NCBI RefSeq assembly: GCF_032444005.1 | Contig: NC_091287.1 | Coordinates: 533,634,001 to 533,698,000 of the forward strand | Reading direction: 5' to 3' | Origin: Ranitomeya imitator | Taxonomy: Eukaryota | DNA length: 64,000 nucleotides | Shown: positions 1 through 13,121 of the stretch, piece after piece | Layout: every line of letters begins with the position of its first letter | Numbering within the stretch: the stretch's first letter is position 1 | Program-made: the position numbers and the translations under genes | The notes under the pieces: model-generated | The model's database searches: none | Seen by the model: only the letters and a program-made list of their open reading frames with translations | Told to the model about the DNA's origin: nothing

Positions 1-289
1 GGCAAGCCCCTGCTTAATAATAGTCACGCCCATGCTTTGTAACCTCTTCCCTAGTTACTTATTTTATGGTACATGTGAAGATGAAGAGATTATGAGTTTA
101 TCCAATACATAGATGTTTAGATATGAAGATGTCCAGCCCACCATTGGGAAACAGAAGGTCCTTTATACTTTTTTCAAGAAGTAATAAGCCGAGAAGTTCT
201 TGCCCTTCTTGAATTTGTTATAAAAATTATTATTATACCTGTTAGATACACATGAGATGTTGGTTCCTCTTCAGAACAAATCTAAATAA

Positions 290-755
290 TACTCTTTGCA
301 GATGAGGTCCCCAAGTGTGGCATTGGGTGACCGATGCTTAAAGGGATTGTCTACCTCTTCAGGCTTCAAAATGTAATTATGGTGTTTCCGATCTTCTCTA
401 GGCAATGACCTCTTGGGTGAATCCAAGACTAGCGGCACATTTCCAGTTGTACTTGCCCAAGAGAGGAAGATAGCGTTTGGCACAAAAATGTGATGTGAAT
501 AAAAATTAATCATTATACAATAAAACTCTATAAAAGTTTCTAATTTATTTGCTGTCAGCGAACGGGGCTTTAATTGTGGACATATATGTGTTAAAAAGAA
601 ATCCTGTTCCTGTGCCGATCTCGTGAGCTCTCTTTTCGAAAAAGCCTTCAAGCTGTGTAAACAGGGCAAAGTTTGTAGGTGTCCATTCACCGAGAGCAAG
701 TAGAGATATTGAAACCAGGGATTGAGGATATGCTGTATTAGTTAAGTAAACCACT
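290..755 (-). pseudogene. Degraded LINE-1/Tx1-type ORF2 C-terminal remnant (tentative)
   Basis: Minus-strand frames give fragments (FNISTCSR..TYKL, EIGTG..F..HICPQLKP, KLETFIEFYC) that resemble the Cys/His C-terminal region of amphibian L1 ORF2, broken by frameshifts. Recognised by eye only. Confidence 0.3.
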
Positions 756-759
756 GCCA

Positions 760-1129
760 TCTATATATATAATTGTCTAAGGGTTTTTCTGCCTGTCTGT
801 CTGTCTGTCCTGGAAATCCCGCGTCTCTGGCGTCCTCGACCAATCAGCGACGGGCACAGCATGGCGACGATGATGTCATAAAGGTTGCCTCGACCAATCA
901 GCGACAGGCACAGTCTGCCGCGAATTCGCCTCGACCAATCAGCGACGGGCACAGTATCGACGTAGATGTCATAATGGTTGCCATGGCGACGATTATGTCA
1001 TAAAGGTTGCCTCGACCAATCAGCGAAGGGCACAGTCTGCCGCGAATTCTGGAATCATCATTGTCCATATACTACGGGGACATGCATATTCTAGAATACC
1101 CGATGCGTTAGAATCGGGCCACAATCTAG
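760..1129 (+). mobile_element. Non-autonomous Helitron, short copy (370 bp)
   Basis: Inserted between A759 and T1130. Starts TCTATATATATAATTGTCTAAGG and ends ACAATCTAG. Subterminal hairpin CCCGAT(1099-1104)..ATCGGG(1113-1118). No target-site duplication (TSD). Interior has four CCTCGACCAATCAGCGA motifs. Confidence 0.85.
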
Positions 1130-2276
1130 TGTATTAATATTGTAGTCCCTCTGACCCGGTACACCGCCATCCAGGTGGTAATAAACCTCCCTATAAATTC
1201 ATGCATAAAAATCGGTTCCAGCTGTGTTTATTCTGCCACGACGGTTCTAATTTGCATGTATCATAACAATGAATAACCCCAGACAAAGCCGAAACCTGTT
1301 CCTAGGTAATCTTTATTAGCTTTTTTTTAAAAAAGAAAAACTCTCCATCTTTCCCGGTCTGGCAGCAAACACAGCAGCTCCCTGATGCTGCCCTACTTTC
1401 ACTTAACAGCCGGTGAGTTGCACAAGACTTTCCAAAGTTTTCACACGCCGGAATCAAACAATTATAAACATGTTCGTCTGTGCACGTCCTGAATATAAGT
1501 TCTAGCTAATTACAATGTCGGGATAATTGGCTTGAAGCACTGTCATGTGGAGCCGTTGTGGCTGCGTTAAATATTCACCGGATTCAAGGATTTGGCTGCT
1601 GTCGGCTGTATAATAACTTGTACAACCAGTACAACCCCACGCTCATTACCATAGACTGGCTGCCAGAAATGGAAAGCGCAGAGCCCACAGTTATGTTTAC
1701 ATGGGTTTTAAAAATATTTAGGGGCCATTTAAGGAGCAAAAGATTACTGGGTAGCCCAACTCTAAAGTGAAAGCCAAGAGCCAAGCCCTGTCTTCAAGGT
1801 CGGCATGGAAGAAATCCATGTTGTAAAAATACACAGCACGGACTGCTGTTGATCACAATAGACTTTCCAACTCTTGCCCAATTAGAACTTCAAGCCACAT
1901 GCTGTCAGTGCATGCTGAGATTTGTAGCTATGAAACCAATGGAGAAGCACACATGATAGATCACTGGTGAAACCATGAACATAACTAATGATGGAAGGAG
2001 AAAAGGATCGGGAGGTTGGAATTTCAACAGCCAATCCTTTTGTTTTCTTATATCTCCACATTGAAAGCTCATGAATGCTTGGCCAAATCAAGTGGTCTTG
2101 TGTATGGAAGAGTTGGGAGAGATAAATGTCTGCCGATCAAATGATTATCGGTGTATGGCCAGTTTTAGAAGAAAAGTGCACTAGGCACACCTATAACGAA
2201 TGGACCACCATAAACCTTCAGCACTTTATAAGAAGGCTAGTCACTTGTGTGCGTGGTGAGGTAACACAGGAACCCT

Positions 2277-2672
2277 TTATTATTATTATTATTTATTATT
2301 ATAGCGCCATTTATTCCATGGCGCTTTACATGTGAAGAGGGGTATACATAATAAAAACAGGTACAATAATCTTAAACAATACAAGTCACAACTGGTACAG
2401 GAGGAGAGAGGACCCTGCCCGCGAGGGCTCACAATCTACAAGGGATGGGTGAGAATACAGTAGGTGATGATAGAGCTGGTCGTGCAGCGGTTTGGTCGAT
2501 CGGTGGTTACTGCAGGTTGTAGGCTTGTCGGAAGAGGTGGGTCTTCAGGTTCTTTTTGAAGCTTTCGATGGTAGGTGAGAGTCTAATATGTTGTGGTAGA
2601 GGTTTCCAGATTAGGGGTGATGCGCGAGAGAAATCTTGTATGCAATTGTGGGAAGTGGAGATGAGAGGGGAG
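2277..2672 (-). mobile_element. L2 LINE 3' end (5'-truncated)
   Basis: Minus-strand translation QDFSRASPLIWKPLPQHIRLSPTIESFKKNLKTHLFRQAY is a typical L2 ORF2 C-terminus. It is followed by a 3' UTR and an (AAT)n tail, seen as TTATTATTA at ~2277-2300. The 3' end matches 25933-26096. Confidence 0.85.
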
Positions 2673-2679
2673 TCGAATA

Positions 2680-3184
2680 TGTCATGATTCACACCGTGAC
2701 TGTTACCCCTGCGTCACGGATTGGGGTGACCTTAGGCCAACAGACAGCTATCACATGTGCAGGGGGGCTTATCTTAGTTATCCCTCCACTGCTACCAATG
2801 TGATGAAAACACACACAAGGCTATTGGCCTATCAGTTTACAGCAGGGGCTTATTCTAGGTATCCCACTGCTCTTCAATATAACTCGAACTGCAGGGATTT
2901 ATGTATATCCCGCTTTACAGTTCCACTTGAAAACTTGCAACTCTCTGGCGCCCCCCTTACCCTCAGGTCAGGATGTAACCCTTTCCATTTAAGTGTCCAT
3001 GCTGGTTTATTGGTACTTCGTAAACCATGCCACAAGCAAAAGAAAATGAACGGACTTTCAGTGTAGGCAAAACAAAGTAAACAGTTCTTAACAAAGTCAC
3101 TTTAGAGACAGTCCAGGACACCCAGGCTGGATAGCATCCAGAAAACCGGCTCAGTCTGAAAATAAGGCACGTAGGCCTTCTTAC

Positions 3185-3232
<48 letters not shown>

Positions 3233-3646
3233 CATGTGTCAAACAAAATTAATCCATTCTACACTGTGAACCATGCCTTGGGAAAGGGTATGTGGGCAGC
3301 CAGACCCACCCATCCATAATCCTTCCTGTAAAACCTGGATCAGACGTACAAAACAAGCCTCTTAGTACTATGTACACTAGAGCAACACTCCAGGTTTACA
3401 TCACAGAGGACAACCACCTCTGTGACACATAACTCCCATCAACTATGTGTCCGGTAGCCACCTTATAGCCTATTTAGTTGACAGCTGTGCCTTCCAGCCG
3501 TTGACTTGGTCAAGCGTACATGTTTTAACAAGAGAGGGGTGCAAGCAATCAACAGACTCCCCCTTATCTATCATGAGTACAAAGGAAAAGTTATGTGAAA
3601 CATAACATGCCTCATCCTTCCACCCCTCCCAACATTATCTGTCACA
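2680..3646. mobile_element. LTR-like fragments (tentative)
   Basis: Segments begin TGTCATG (2680) and TGTAACC (2974), and one ends TGTCACA (3646). No TSD could be confirmed. Confidence 0.25.
3187..3229 (+). repeat. (AC)n microsatellite
   Basis: About 21 perfect AC units. Confidence 0.97.
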
Positions 3647-3749
3647 GAGAGACAGGAGACCTCCGTAAGCATAGTTGGATGATCCTTCGATTCTACTGTG
3701 TATGGGCACCATTAGGCAATGGAGCTCTACCCATGATATGTTCTCAATT

Positions 3750-5260
3750 GGTCCAATAGTTCTTCAGAAGGTATGCAAAAGTCAACATGCACTTTAATAT
3801 ATACCATTGTTGCAATATTTTTATAGAAATAAACATTAATGAGTTTACGAATCCCCATGGGGGGAAGAGGGCAATACTGCACGGAATTTCTTGTACTAGT
3901 TATCTCAATGTCATGAGCTGTAAGACAAATTGTAACTGAAAGGGGTACCATTGACCCTGATGTCCTGGGCAGCTGGAAATTGCATAACCGCTCCACGCTT
4001 GGTGCCCAAACCAATCTGATGGCAGATTTATTGGACCAAAGTACATGAGGGCGCAGTGAAAAACTGCACAACTCCCAGAAAAGTTGGCAAATCTTCAGAG
4101 CACCTTAAAAGCCTCTCGGAAGACACTAAACCTTTCATATCTGTGGCTCTAGGTCCAGACTCAAGTCGAGTGATCAGAAGCACAATCAGGAGACATAGAA
4201 TAGTCTTGTGACTTCTAAAAAGTGTGCATTGTTATTGCAAAATGTTGGTGACCTGCTAAGAAGGTTGCCAGGGTTGACTTCATTTTATTTCAGGCCAAAT
4301 CCCATACAGACGATATTTTTTTACAGACAGGGCAAAAAAAGTGCTCTATTTTTGCGGACTGTCCTGGAATTTCTGGATGGCTCGCAACCCTGCATGTTAA
4401 CATCCCCCCATGAAAGTCGGAAAGTATGTCACGAGGTAGGACATAAGCTGAAGCCCCGTCAACCTAAGGATGACTCTGGTAATATATAAACTTCTTCATA
4501 TAGCAGCGGTCATGGATAACTCGGCTCGGGCACCCAAATTTTTAGAACATTTATAGTTCAGACGATAGAACTCTTTTAAGTCTTGGATTATGGAAAACAA
4601 CGTCTCATGAATCATTTAATCTTAAACAATTACCTGAAAATCCATTTCTCACATATGTTAGCGAAGCCTTTTAATTGAAAGGATCATTGATGGATGTAAC
4701 AATTACTGCAGGATCTTATCGCCTCAGGCAAAACACACCTACAAGTGAATAATGTTAATGAGTTTTACACATTAAAATTCAGGGACAACAATGACCCGCG
4801 AGCAACGTGACACCGGTATTTAGCAGCTTGTTCTAAACCTTGGTTTTTGACCTTTCTGTTCTTTTATCAATGGGCCCATGACAAACTGGTGAAAGTCCAC
4901 AGAATAGAGACTATGAAGAAATAGGAATTGTAGGCTAGATATGAAATGTCCATCTCCCCAAAGACTGATAAAGTTTACTTACATTAAATGTTGTTTCTTT
5001 TGTATGGTTACTTCTATCTACTTATGTTTGTACTTTTTTTATATATATATTAGGGCTCCTGATACTTTTTGAAAGTGTTTGAAGAGGGCCATAGACATCA
5101 GGTTTTCCATGGGATATCCAGAAAATTTTGGCAAAATTTCACAACAAGCAAATTGAAATGCCTAACGGTCCCACTGATAAAGCAAAAAAAAAAAACAAGA
5201 CGTCCAACTTGTCCATGCAGATCAGGGCAATTGCTTACTCTTCCAGAGGTGAAACATGAA
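3750..5260 (-). pseudogene. Degraded LINE-1 ORF2 (RT region) remnant
   Basis: Minus-strand pieces occur in the expected order: PD.YGPL/FKHFQKY (~5080-5110, GPDG motif region), QDLKEFYRLNY (~4555-4590) and KKFIYYQSHP..VLPRDILSDF (~4410-4500). They resemble conserved L1 ORF2 blocks, with many stops and frameshifts. Confidence 0.5.
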
Positions 5261-6365
5261 GCTCCGTTGCCCTAAAATCTGTAGTAGGTACCCCAACCTG
5301 ACATTTGACATCTCTAATGCTAGTGTCTTATATGACAATGTACATTTTGGATCCAATCCCTGCCCTTCTGTAGATTGACTCCTTTAAAATTCATGTGTCC
5401 GAAAGATTGGGAACTGATCATTTTTCTACCAAATATCACAGATTGTGACACACTGTCATGGTGCTATACATCGACCTGTCTTTACTAATGATGAAAGAAA
5501 TGGAGAAGTCACTGCATCATACAAGAACAACACCATCTCCTTCTGCTGCTGAGATCATTCTCAGAATTTGAGACTTTTATTTCCCATTTGACATAATGTG
5601 AGTGTGGTGGTAGCAGAGCACAGATAACCTTTTCTGATGAACATGTCTTAGAAAAATAATAATGACAGAACATTTGTCACATTTAATCCAGTTCTCGGAG
5701 GTATACTTCCATAAATATTAAAGTCACTTCCTTCTGCAAAATCAGAAAACTATCTGCTGCTGAGAAAACTTATTTCTTCCACTATCTGACCCCCTGCCCC
5801 TAACCTCCTGACACACACCATTTGTCAGCAATGACTCCAGCCCTGGCAATGTGATCCTGTCCTCCCTGATAACCACGGAAATGGACCGGGTCACTGCTCA
5901 CCCAAAATCAGCACATTCAACTTCATCATCTGAGGGTGATAAAAAGGAACAGGTAACATTTTCTGAGAACCCCATTGTTGCCTTAATATTTCCATCCCCC
6001 ATTTTTTTACAGAACTTCTGTCACGTGTATTTCTGCTCTTAATGTTATTCCATGAATGATCTGGTCACTGCCTTCCACAAAATCGGAACACTCATAAAGT
6101 ACTCTGCTGCTAGAAAACCTCACCCCTTCTAATATCTCAGTCTGTTTCTTCCTACTATGACGCTATCATTAACTCATGTTGCCTCGTCTTCACTCATAAT
6201 CACAAAAAAATGGACAGTTCACTTCTCCACACAAAGTCAACCCAACCGTCTTCTGCTGCTGTCATTTCCATGACCTGAGAGATTTATTTCCAATTTTTAC
6301 CATTTGGCATACTTTAAGGCTGGTGATAATGGGGTAAAATTAACTTTTGTTTAAGAGATGCCTAA

Positions 6366-7123
6366 AGGTACCGTTACACTAAACGACTTACCAAAAATCA
6401 CGACCAGCGATACGACCTGGCCGTGATCGTTGGTAAGTCGTTGTGTGGTCGCTGGGGAGCTGTCACACAGACAGCTCTCTCCAGCGACCAACGATCAGGG
6501 GAACGACTTCGGTATCGTTGAAACTGTCTTCAACGATACCGAAGTCCCCGGGTAACCAGGGTAAACATTGGTTACTAAGCACAGGGCCGCGCTTAGTAAC
6601 CCGATATTTACCCTGGTTACCATTGTAAAAGTAAAAAAAAAAAAAACTACATACTCACATTCCGATGTCTGTCACGTCCCCCGCCATCAGCTTCCCTGCA
6701 CTGACTGTGTCAGCGCCGGCCGTAAAGCAGAGCTCAGCGGTGATGTCACCGCTGTGCTCTGCTTTACGGCCGACGCTGACACAGTCAGTGCAGGGAAGCT
6801 GATGGCGAGGGACGTGACAGACATCAGAATGTGAGTATGTACTGTTTTTTTTTTTTTTACTTTTACAATGGTAACAAGGGTAAATATCGGGTTACTAAGC
6901 GCGGCCCTGCGCTTTGTTGACGCCGGTCCAGCGATGACAGCGGGTGATCAGCGACCAAAAAAAGGTCCTGATCATTCCCCAGCAACCAACGATCTCCCAG
7001 CAGGGGCCTGATCGTTGGTTGCTGTCACACATAACGAGATCGTTAGCGGGATCGTTGCTACGTCACAAAAAGCGTGACATTGCAACAATATCATTAACAA
7101 AATCGTTATGAGTGAAGGTACCT
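6366..7123. mobile_element. PIF/Harbinger-type palindromic MITE (arms A...B)
   Basis: Termini AGGTACCGTTACAC / GTGAAGGTACCT, flanked by TAA/TAA (6363-6365, 7124-7126). Contains internal GGTAACCAGGGTAAAC...GTTTACCCTGGTTACC-type hairpins and a central palindrome. Confidence 0.85.
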
Positions 7124-10100
7124 TAAGCCAGAGTTAAGCTTGAATGTTGGCATCTGGTCAGGAGATGTTGACTCAGATTCTTTTTACAGGAGCTATGGGA
7201 GCCTGTCATCCTCACCACTGTGAGAGAGAATACAATGGTGTGACCCCAGCCTTGGATTAAGGTTTCTTGCTCCCTTCAGTAGAAGTGATCCTGAAGGCCA
7301 CCAGCATCCAGACAACATATGAATACACGGTACTCTCCATTTTGAATTGCTTCGCAATCTTTGTACACACAGGACATGTTATTGATAAATTAGTTGTGAC
7401 AAAATTGACCCCAATTGCTCCAAATGGGGATGTCTTCTGCTGGAGCTTTGACGCCAGAACCTGAGGTCACCCTACGATCATCTGATACCTATTACAGACC
7501 AGTCTAGTAGTTGATGTGGTGTGGTAGAACCAGTAACTTGAAGCTCATGGGCCCAAATACAAAAACTCAAGGTATTTAATAGGATTTGTCTTCTCATAAG
7601 GGACCTTCTTAGCTTCCAAAAGCTCCAGAGTTGGGTACGACTGCAACATCTACACCTACTCTAGTTTCCCTCCTCGGTAGATTAGATGTCTAGAAGAGGC
7701 CCTGAACAGATTTTTTTTTCTTCCCCCGTCATTAAAACTCAATCATAAAATGATCAGATGTTCATGTAATATCTCAACACTAGTGGTTCTTCGATCAGGT
7801 TCTGCAAAGGTTGAAGATTTTGACCCAAATGTCTTCCCTAGGTCTTTCACTGACAACCAGGGAAAATATAAATGAATGAAATTCATGGAGGGAAGGAATC
7901 CAGCTGGAGAATTGCTGATGACAAGTCTTTGGACTCTAAAGCCTATCCTGAGTTTCCAGCTGGGAGCTTGATAAGCTGAGACATAAAAGAGAATGTTTAC
8001 ATGTCCGAGCCACCACCGGTGATGTAACACTTACCAGAAGGGAGAAGTTATCATTCCAGAAAGATAACGGGGCCGTTACTGCTGGGTATTCCTGGAAGTA
8101 GATCGGAGTCATTGGATACAAATGATATAAATTATTTTACTTTTTCAGGTCTTCATTTTGGCTTTTTGTTTGATCTATAACATTTTTAAAGTGCATTTAC
8201 ACTGCATGTTCCTAGGAGCGCACTTTCTGATAACCGACCTGTGTAAACAGGTTGTCAATCATTTGCCGAAAAACAAAATTTGGATGAAAGATTATTTGGC
8301 CGAATGTTTTAAAATCATTATTCTTGGCAGCACATTGGTCTGTCTAAACAGGCTATAACACTACCACCCATGGTCAAATATGTAGCCAATCGGCGGTCAT
8401 CTACGGCCACAGATCGAATCCTATAGATTAGCATATAAAGGTGCCTGATGCTCATGCACCTTAGATATCCATCCATTTGCTTGAAAGCTTTCTCTCCCAA
8501 CTCCCGCCAACCCCTCCATTTAAATGACTGTTCGAAGTGTTTTCAAGGAGGGACAGTGGGGTAAGCCACTGGTAGACAGCCCTAGCAGCTTCTTATGACC
8601 CCTGAAAATGAAAGGAATGATCATGCTAATCAGTCTGATCCATATCTTCTCGAACGTCATCTGTCAGGGGGCAATCGGGAGGCCATGACACACATCAGAC
8701 TGTTGTCTGATCCCAAAAAAATTGGTGCAATTTTTGGAACCTGAAAAAAATTGGGCAGATTATACTAATCACACTCTGATTAGTTAGTGTGATCTGATTC
8801 TCTTGGATATGGATAAGATGGGGAAAGAAATCTTCATCTTCTCCATTCTGTCAGTCCATGGAAGACGCACGGCACCCAGATATCATCAGAGTGCAGTCCA
8901 ATTTTTTTCCACATACTCATTGATTTGCATGGCCAAGTGTGATCCAAACATCAGATGCAAATCAAGCATGCTGCGATGTTTCCTCTGACAGACTATGTCC
9001 AAGGAAAAATTGCCCCCGGACCGATCACACGGTCGTCTTCACCTGTCGTTAAACTTCATCAAACACAGTTTCCACCCTTGTTCACTTCTTATTAGACCTC
9101 CTTGTAGAGATCAGTGAATCTTCCAAAATTAATTTCGGGCAGATTCGCTCTAATCGGCCAGCAGATTTGATTAGTTCAGAACCAAAAGTGTCTCTATTTC
9201 TACAAAAACACATTTATTACGCTATGGAGTCACTCCTGACCTCAAAACGTAATAAATGAAGGGGAGAGAAGGGGACTAAAAAAATTTTGGATCGATTCAG
9301 GTAACTGATTAATAAAAAAAAAAACTCGCTTTGTTTTCCATAGGAGCCAATCAGCGCGCAGTTTTCATTTATCAATAGCAGTATAAGAAATGAAAGCTGG
9401 GCTGTGATTGGTTGCTGTGAGTTTCATAAATAGATCTCCATCATTATGCCCGCCTGTCCTAGGCCCTCACTTGAGTCCTCATGCCACCTCACCGTGCGTC
9501 TTCGACTCTTCCATGCTTGTGTTTCCCCTCCCATCTGACTGCGTGGCCCTCAAAAACAAAAATGGCATAAGGAGTCACGTGATGGGTCAGGACAGACAAT
9601 TTTTTTGTCAAAACAACCAGCATTTTGATATATTTGTCTGTATCTAGTCCCGAAAATGTCAGATTCTGATTTGTTTTTAACGAATTTGATTAATTATGAA
9701 TCGATTCATCCATCTCTGTCATATCTGACATGTTGGTTGCTAAGGGTGCGCTACCTTAGCAACCAGTCTTTTCAATGGCATTGTCAGGCCCCAAAACCCC
9801 ATTCACATACGGCTGATGTTAGGACATAATTCAGACTTTTCTGACTTTTTCTGCTTTGAATTTAACCCTTCACTCTGCCACTATTCACCACATTTTCATA
9901 ACACAATTAGGTCATTGAAAAAAAAAAAAGACATGACAGTCACATGACACAAGACTGAATCTAGCCTATGCTAGTCTGACATTTGATAATCTGGCCATAC
10001 CAGTACAGAATTGCCTCCAGCTATCAAGATGTGTGCGGGGGATGGGCTCAGCTCATTGAGGACTGTTTCTACTGGATGCAATTGTAGCAAATCCTCAGCT

Positions 10101-10754
10101 GTGAGAAGGATAACTTCTGTGCCCATAGGCAATCAAGAATGATCTCATTCACTAACAGCAAGCAGTGATCTTCTTGACAATAAGGAACAACCCAGGGTCT
10201 GATTTATTTTGTGCCTTTTTTATTTATTTATTTATTTATTTTTATTTTTTATTTTTTTGTTGCCTGTTTTTCATTTGCGCCTTCTTCTTCTTTTTTTTTC
10301 AGCTGATTTATCAAATGGGACTTCTTAAAAATTCACATTTTGCATCATTTTTAGCAGAACATTCAACTTTTTGCGCTCGAAGGATGCTAAAAAAAAAATT
10401 AAAGGGACAAATCAAGAGCATTTTTTGATTGAACCATGTTGGGTGCCATTGTAAAAACCAAAAGACCACATCATCATTTCACCTTTTTTTGGCAACTTGC
10501 TACTAAAAATGTGCAAGACTTGTGCAAAAAAATGTCATTCTTACATAAAATAACCCCAGGAATGGGGCTGGAAAAGAACATTGGAGTAAAAAAATATTTT
10601 TTGATTTTTTTTAAAAATCACAACTGATGAATCAAGCAAAAATATTTGGAAATCCCAAAGCCTCACCCACAATGATAAATATAAAAGAACGCAGACGAAC
10701 ACATATAAAAGAGACTTAAAAATGGCGCAAATTAAAAGAATAAGCGGGACCCGA

Positions 10755-11595
10755 TTTATTATTTGCATTTTCTTTTCAGACCCTATTTATTACTGCACTT
10801 ATTTTTTTTCTATTTTTTTGTGGGGTGTTTTTCACCTATTTTTCAAATGAAAAATAAGGGAAAAACGCCAAAAAAAATAGAAAAAATACAAGGTGCGGGT
10901 CTCAGTTCATTATTTGCATTACCTTTTCAGGTCCTATTTATTACTGCATTTTTTTCTATGTTTTGGGGTGTTTTTCACCTATTTTTCAAGTAAAAAATAG
11001 GTGAAAACCACCAAAAATTTGAAAAAAATGTAGTAATAAATAGGGTATGAAAAGGAGATGCATACAATGAATCGAGGCCCGCTGCTTATTCCTTTCAGGC
11101 CCTTTTTATTACTGCATTTTTTCTATTTTTTGGTGTTTTCACATATTTTTCATTTGAGAAATTGCTGAAAAACACCAAAACAAAAAATAGAAGAAAAATG
11201 CAGTAATAAATAGGACCTGAAAAAGAAATGCAAATAGTGACCAGGACCTGTTCCTTATTCCTTTTTAGGCCCTATGTATTACTGCATTTTTTTTTTTTGT
11301 GTGTGTGTGTTTTTCACCTATTTTTCATTTGTGAAATAGATCAAAAACACAAAAAAATAGAAAAAAATGCAGTAATCAGTAATAAATAGGGCCTGAAAAG
11401 GAAATGCAGATAATGATTTGGGCCCACTCCTTATTCCTTTTCAGGTCCTATTTATGACTGCATTTTTTTTTCTATTTATTAGTGTTTTTCACCCATTTTT
11501 TTCATCTGAGAAATAGGTGAAAAAACACCCAAACAAATAGAAAAAAATGCAGTAATAAATAGGGCCTGGAAAGGAAATGCAAATAATGATTCGGA
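10755..11595. repeat. AT-rich tandem array of ~5 palindromic units (~165-175 bp)
   Basis: Each unit reads TTTTCAGGTCCTATTTATTACTGCATTTTT..CACCTATTTTTCA, then its reverse complement AAAATAGGTG..AAAAATGCAGTAATAAATAGGACCTGAAAAG. Confidence 0.75.
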
Positions 11596-11745
11596 CCCCC
11601 AGTGTTAAGGTTTATTTACACATTTTGACCACAATTTGACCACTTAAATGTAATTTCTGCCTCTACATCTGTCCGATTATCAGTAATGTGTGATAACGGC
11701 CTCTGGTCTTGTTGATAAGGATGAAAGGAATTTTACTACATTTTA

Positions 11746-12149
11746 GGGTACCGTCACACAGTGAAATTTTGATCACTACGACGGCACGATTCGTGACGTT
11801 CGAGCGATATATCTGTGACGTTCGAGCGATATCGCAATGTCTGACACGCTCCTGCGATCAGGGACCCCGCTGAGAATCGTACGTCGTAGCAGATCGTTTG
11901 AAACTTTCTTTCGTCGTCTAGTGTCCCGCTGTGGCGGCATGATCGCATGGTGTAACATATATCGTATACGATGTGCGCATAGTAACCAACGGCTTCTACA
12001 TCGCACATACGTCATGAAATTATCGCTCCAGCGTCGTACATTGCAAAGTGTGACAGCAGTCTACGACGCTGGAGCGATATTGTTACGACGCTGGAGCGTC
12101 ACGAATCGTGCCGTCGTAGCGATGAAAATTGCACTGTGTGACGGTACCC
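11746..12149. mobile_element. PIF/Harbinger-type MITE (arms D...D)
   Basis: Terminal inverted repeats (TIRs) GGGTACCGTCACACAGTG / CACTGTGTGACGGTACCC; flanks TTA/TAA; CpG-rich palindromic interior. Confidence 0.8.
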
Positions 12150-12740
12150 TAAGAAATGCACATATGGATAAGTAGAAACCAAAAATGTCCCATTTTATTG
12201 CCTACCTTGCAAATGATAAGATTTTTATCAATAAAACCACTTTTCCTAATCCATGGGTGGGGAGTCAGACATGTGGGATCCCTGTGGTTTTACGACATGG
12301 TCTTCAGGAAAGAAGCCCAATATGGGGCACAAAAACCAGTATTGAATGATCACTAAAATTGAATCCCCTAATGATCATCTGTTCAGTGGGGTCACGGGAG
12401 AAGATTATGGACCAGACTATCTGCAAGTCTCCTCACCAATGTTCAACAGACTCACAGGCATATATAGGATTTTTTAGTTCAACTCAGAAGACTTGAAGAC
12501 TATGTGTAGCAGAAATGATCATCTCCTATGAACGCCGGCCACGGGCCAGCATTCATAGGAGATATACAATGACAAGCACGGGGGGGTCTTCTGCAGACTC
12601 CTGGTTGTCATGCCAACCCATCAGCGCCCCGCAATCATGTGACAGGAGAGGTTTGTGACGCACTTAAGTCCGAGTTAAATGATGCCGAAGCCCACATCAA
12701 ATGCCGAGACACGACCTATGACGGGACCGACCCTCTTTAA

Positions 12741-12777
12741 CCCCTTCATGACTTAGGGATACTAAGTCATGAAGGGG
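12741..12777. mobile_element. 37-bp TTAA-flanked piggyBac-like micro-element
   Basis: TTAA-CCCCTTCATGACTTAG GGATA CTAAGTCATGAAGGGG-TTAA: perfect 16-bp inverted arms, CCC termini and TTAA on both sides. Confidence 0.55.
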
Positions 12778-12781
12778 TTAA

Positions 12782-13121
12782 AGAGGGTCGACACTTGTGA
12801 TAAACATGAACTTTTTTTTTATCTAGTGTAAATGCCGCTGTTCTTCTGAATCCGGCGATGTTTTTCATTTTTTCCTGTGCCTCTCCGTTCCCAAGATATG
12901 CCCCACAATCACCTCTGGTTAGTTCAGTGGGTGTGATCCTCAAGGACACGCCCACAGTGGAGTGCTAAGAGAGACTAGCTTTACATACAGGGAAGAGGAG
13001 GCCATATCTCAGGAACAGAGAGGCACAGGAATAAAATAAAAACAATGCCGGATTCAGGAGAACAGCGGCTTTTAGACCTAGTTAAAAAAAATATGCATTT
13101 GTGACAAGTGACATGTCCCCT
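12782..13121. mobile_element. TTAA-type (T2/Kolobok-like) MITE
   Basis: Starts after TTAA with AGAGGG. Long imperfect inverted arms (GCCGCTGTTCTTCTGAATCCGGC / GCCGGATTCAGGAGAACAGCGGC). Same family as 59515-59892. Confidence 0.6.

Noticed and set aside
5480-6340. Possible ancient plus-strand L2 RT remnants
   Set aside because: Only short, ambiguous peptide resemblances (e.g. KWRSHC, KTYFFH); too decayed to support without a profile search.
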